DNA of 64,000 nucleotides from the human T2T-CHM13v2.0 reference genome, Homo sapiens. The notes under the pieces were generated by a model. It was given only the letters and a program-made list of their open reading frames with translations, searched no databases and was not told where the DNA came from. The DNA lies in the NCBI RefSeq assembly GCF_009914755.1, contig NC_060932.1. One strand, 5' to 3'. Of this stretch, positions 63,611-64,000 are shown in pieces; the first letter of the stretch is position 1; each line of letters opens with the position of its first letter. The position numbers and the translations under genes are program-made.

Positions 63611-64000
63611 TCTGTTTACTTCTTATATTATACAGTTATACAGAAGTGAGAAGGTGAAATACAAGTTGGGGAGGCACCAAGACATCAAAGGAATGAAGCA
63701 CAAGATGCAAGTTCAGAATATAGTAGTAGAGATGGTGAGAGTTTCATTCTGTATTGGTCCTCTCTGTCCTCACTCCTTGTTCTCCTCTCCTTAGGCATTC
63801 TGGTTTTCTATATGGTTTTCTCTTACCCCATCAAAAATCTACCTTCAAAATAGGAGCAGCAAAATCCATTCATATTGAAGTCTGGGGACTGGGAGTTAGT
63901 TATTTCTTCTGGGTCTAATGGTAAGAGAACACATTAGAGGAAAATTTTAGATTCCAGAGTATTTCAGGCATATAGAGATTATGTTTGTTAAGCACGAAAC

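Overview
This is AT-rich, repeat-dense catarrhine primate (human-like) DNA; Alu J/S/Y, L1PA, THE1D and SVA2-type elements set the lineage. No intact protein-coding gene, RNA gene or CRISPR array is supported, and the ORF track is explained by transposon debris, Alus, a VNTR and chance. Identifiable content: a near full-length Tigger2 DNA transposon, about 12 L1 insertions (two with twin-priming inversions), 11 Alus, a complete THE1D MaLR provirus nested in an L1 5' region, ERVL remnants, a MADE1 MITE, MIR/L2/MLT1 relics, a TMA7 processed pseudogene and a rare SVA2-type VNTR retroposon. Almost all L1s lie on the minus strand, suggesting a long intron of a plus-strand gene. The best leads are the SVA2 element, the promoter/terminator asymmetry of the two THE1D LTRs, and a recursive-splice-site-like motif at 56333. 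I found no evidence for a wholly new biological system. Repeat family names come from recalled consensus sequences, not a database search, and old-element boundaries are approximate.
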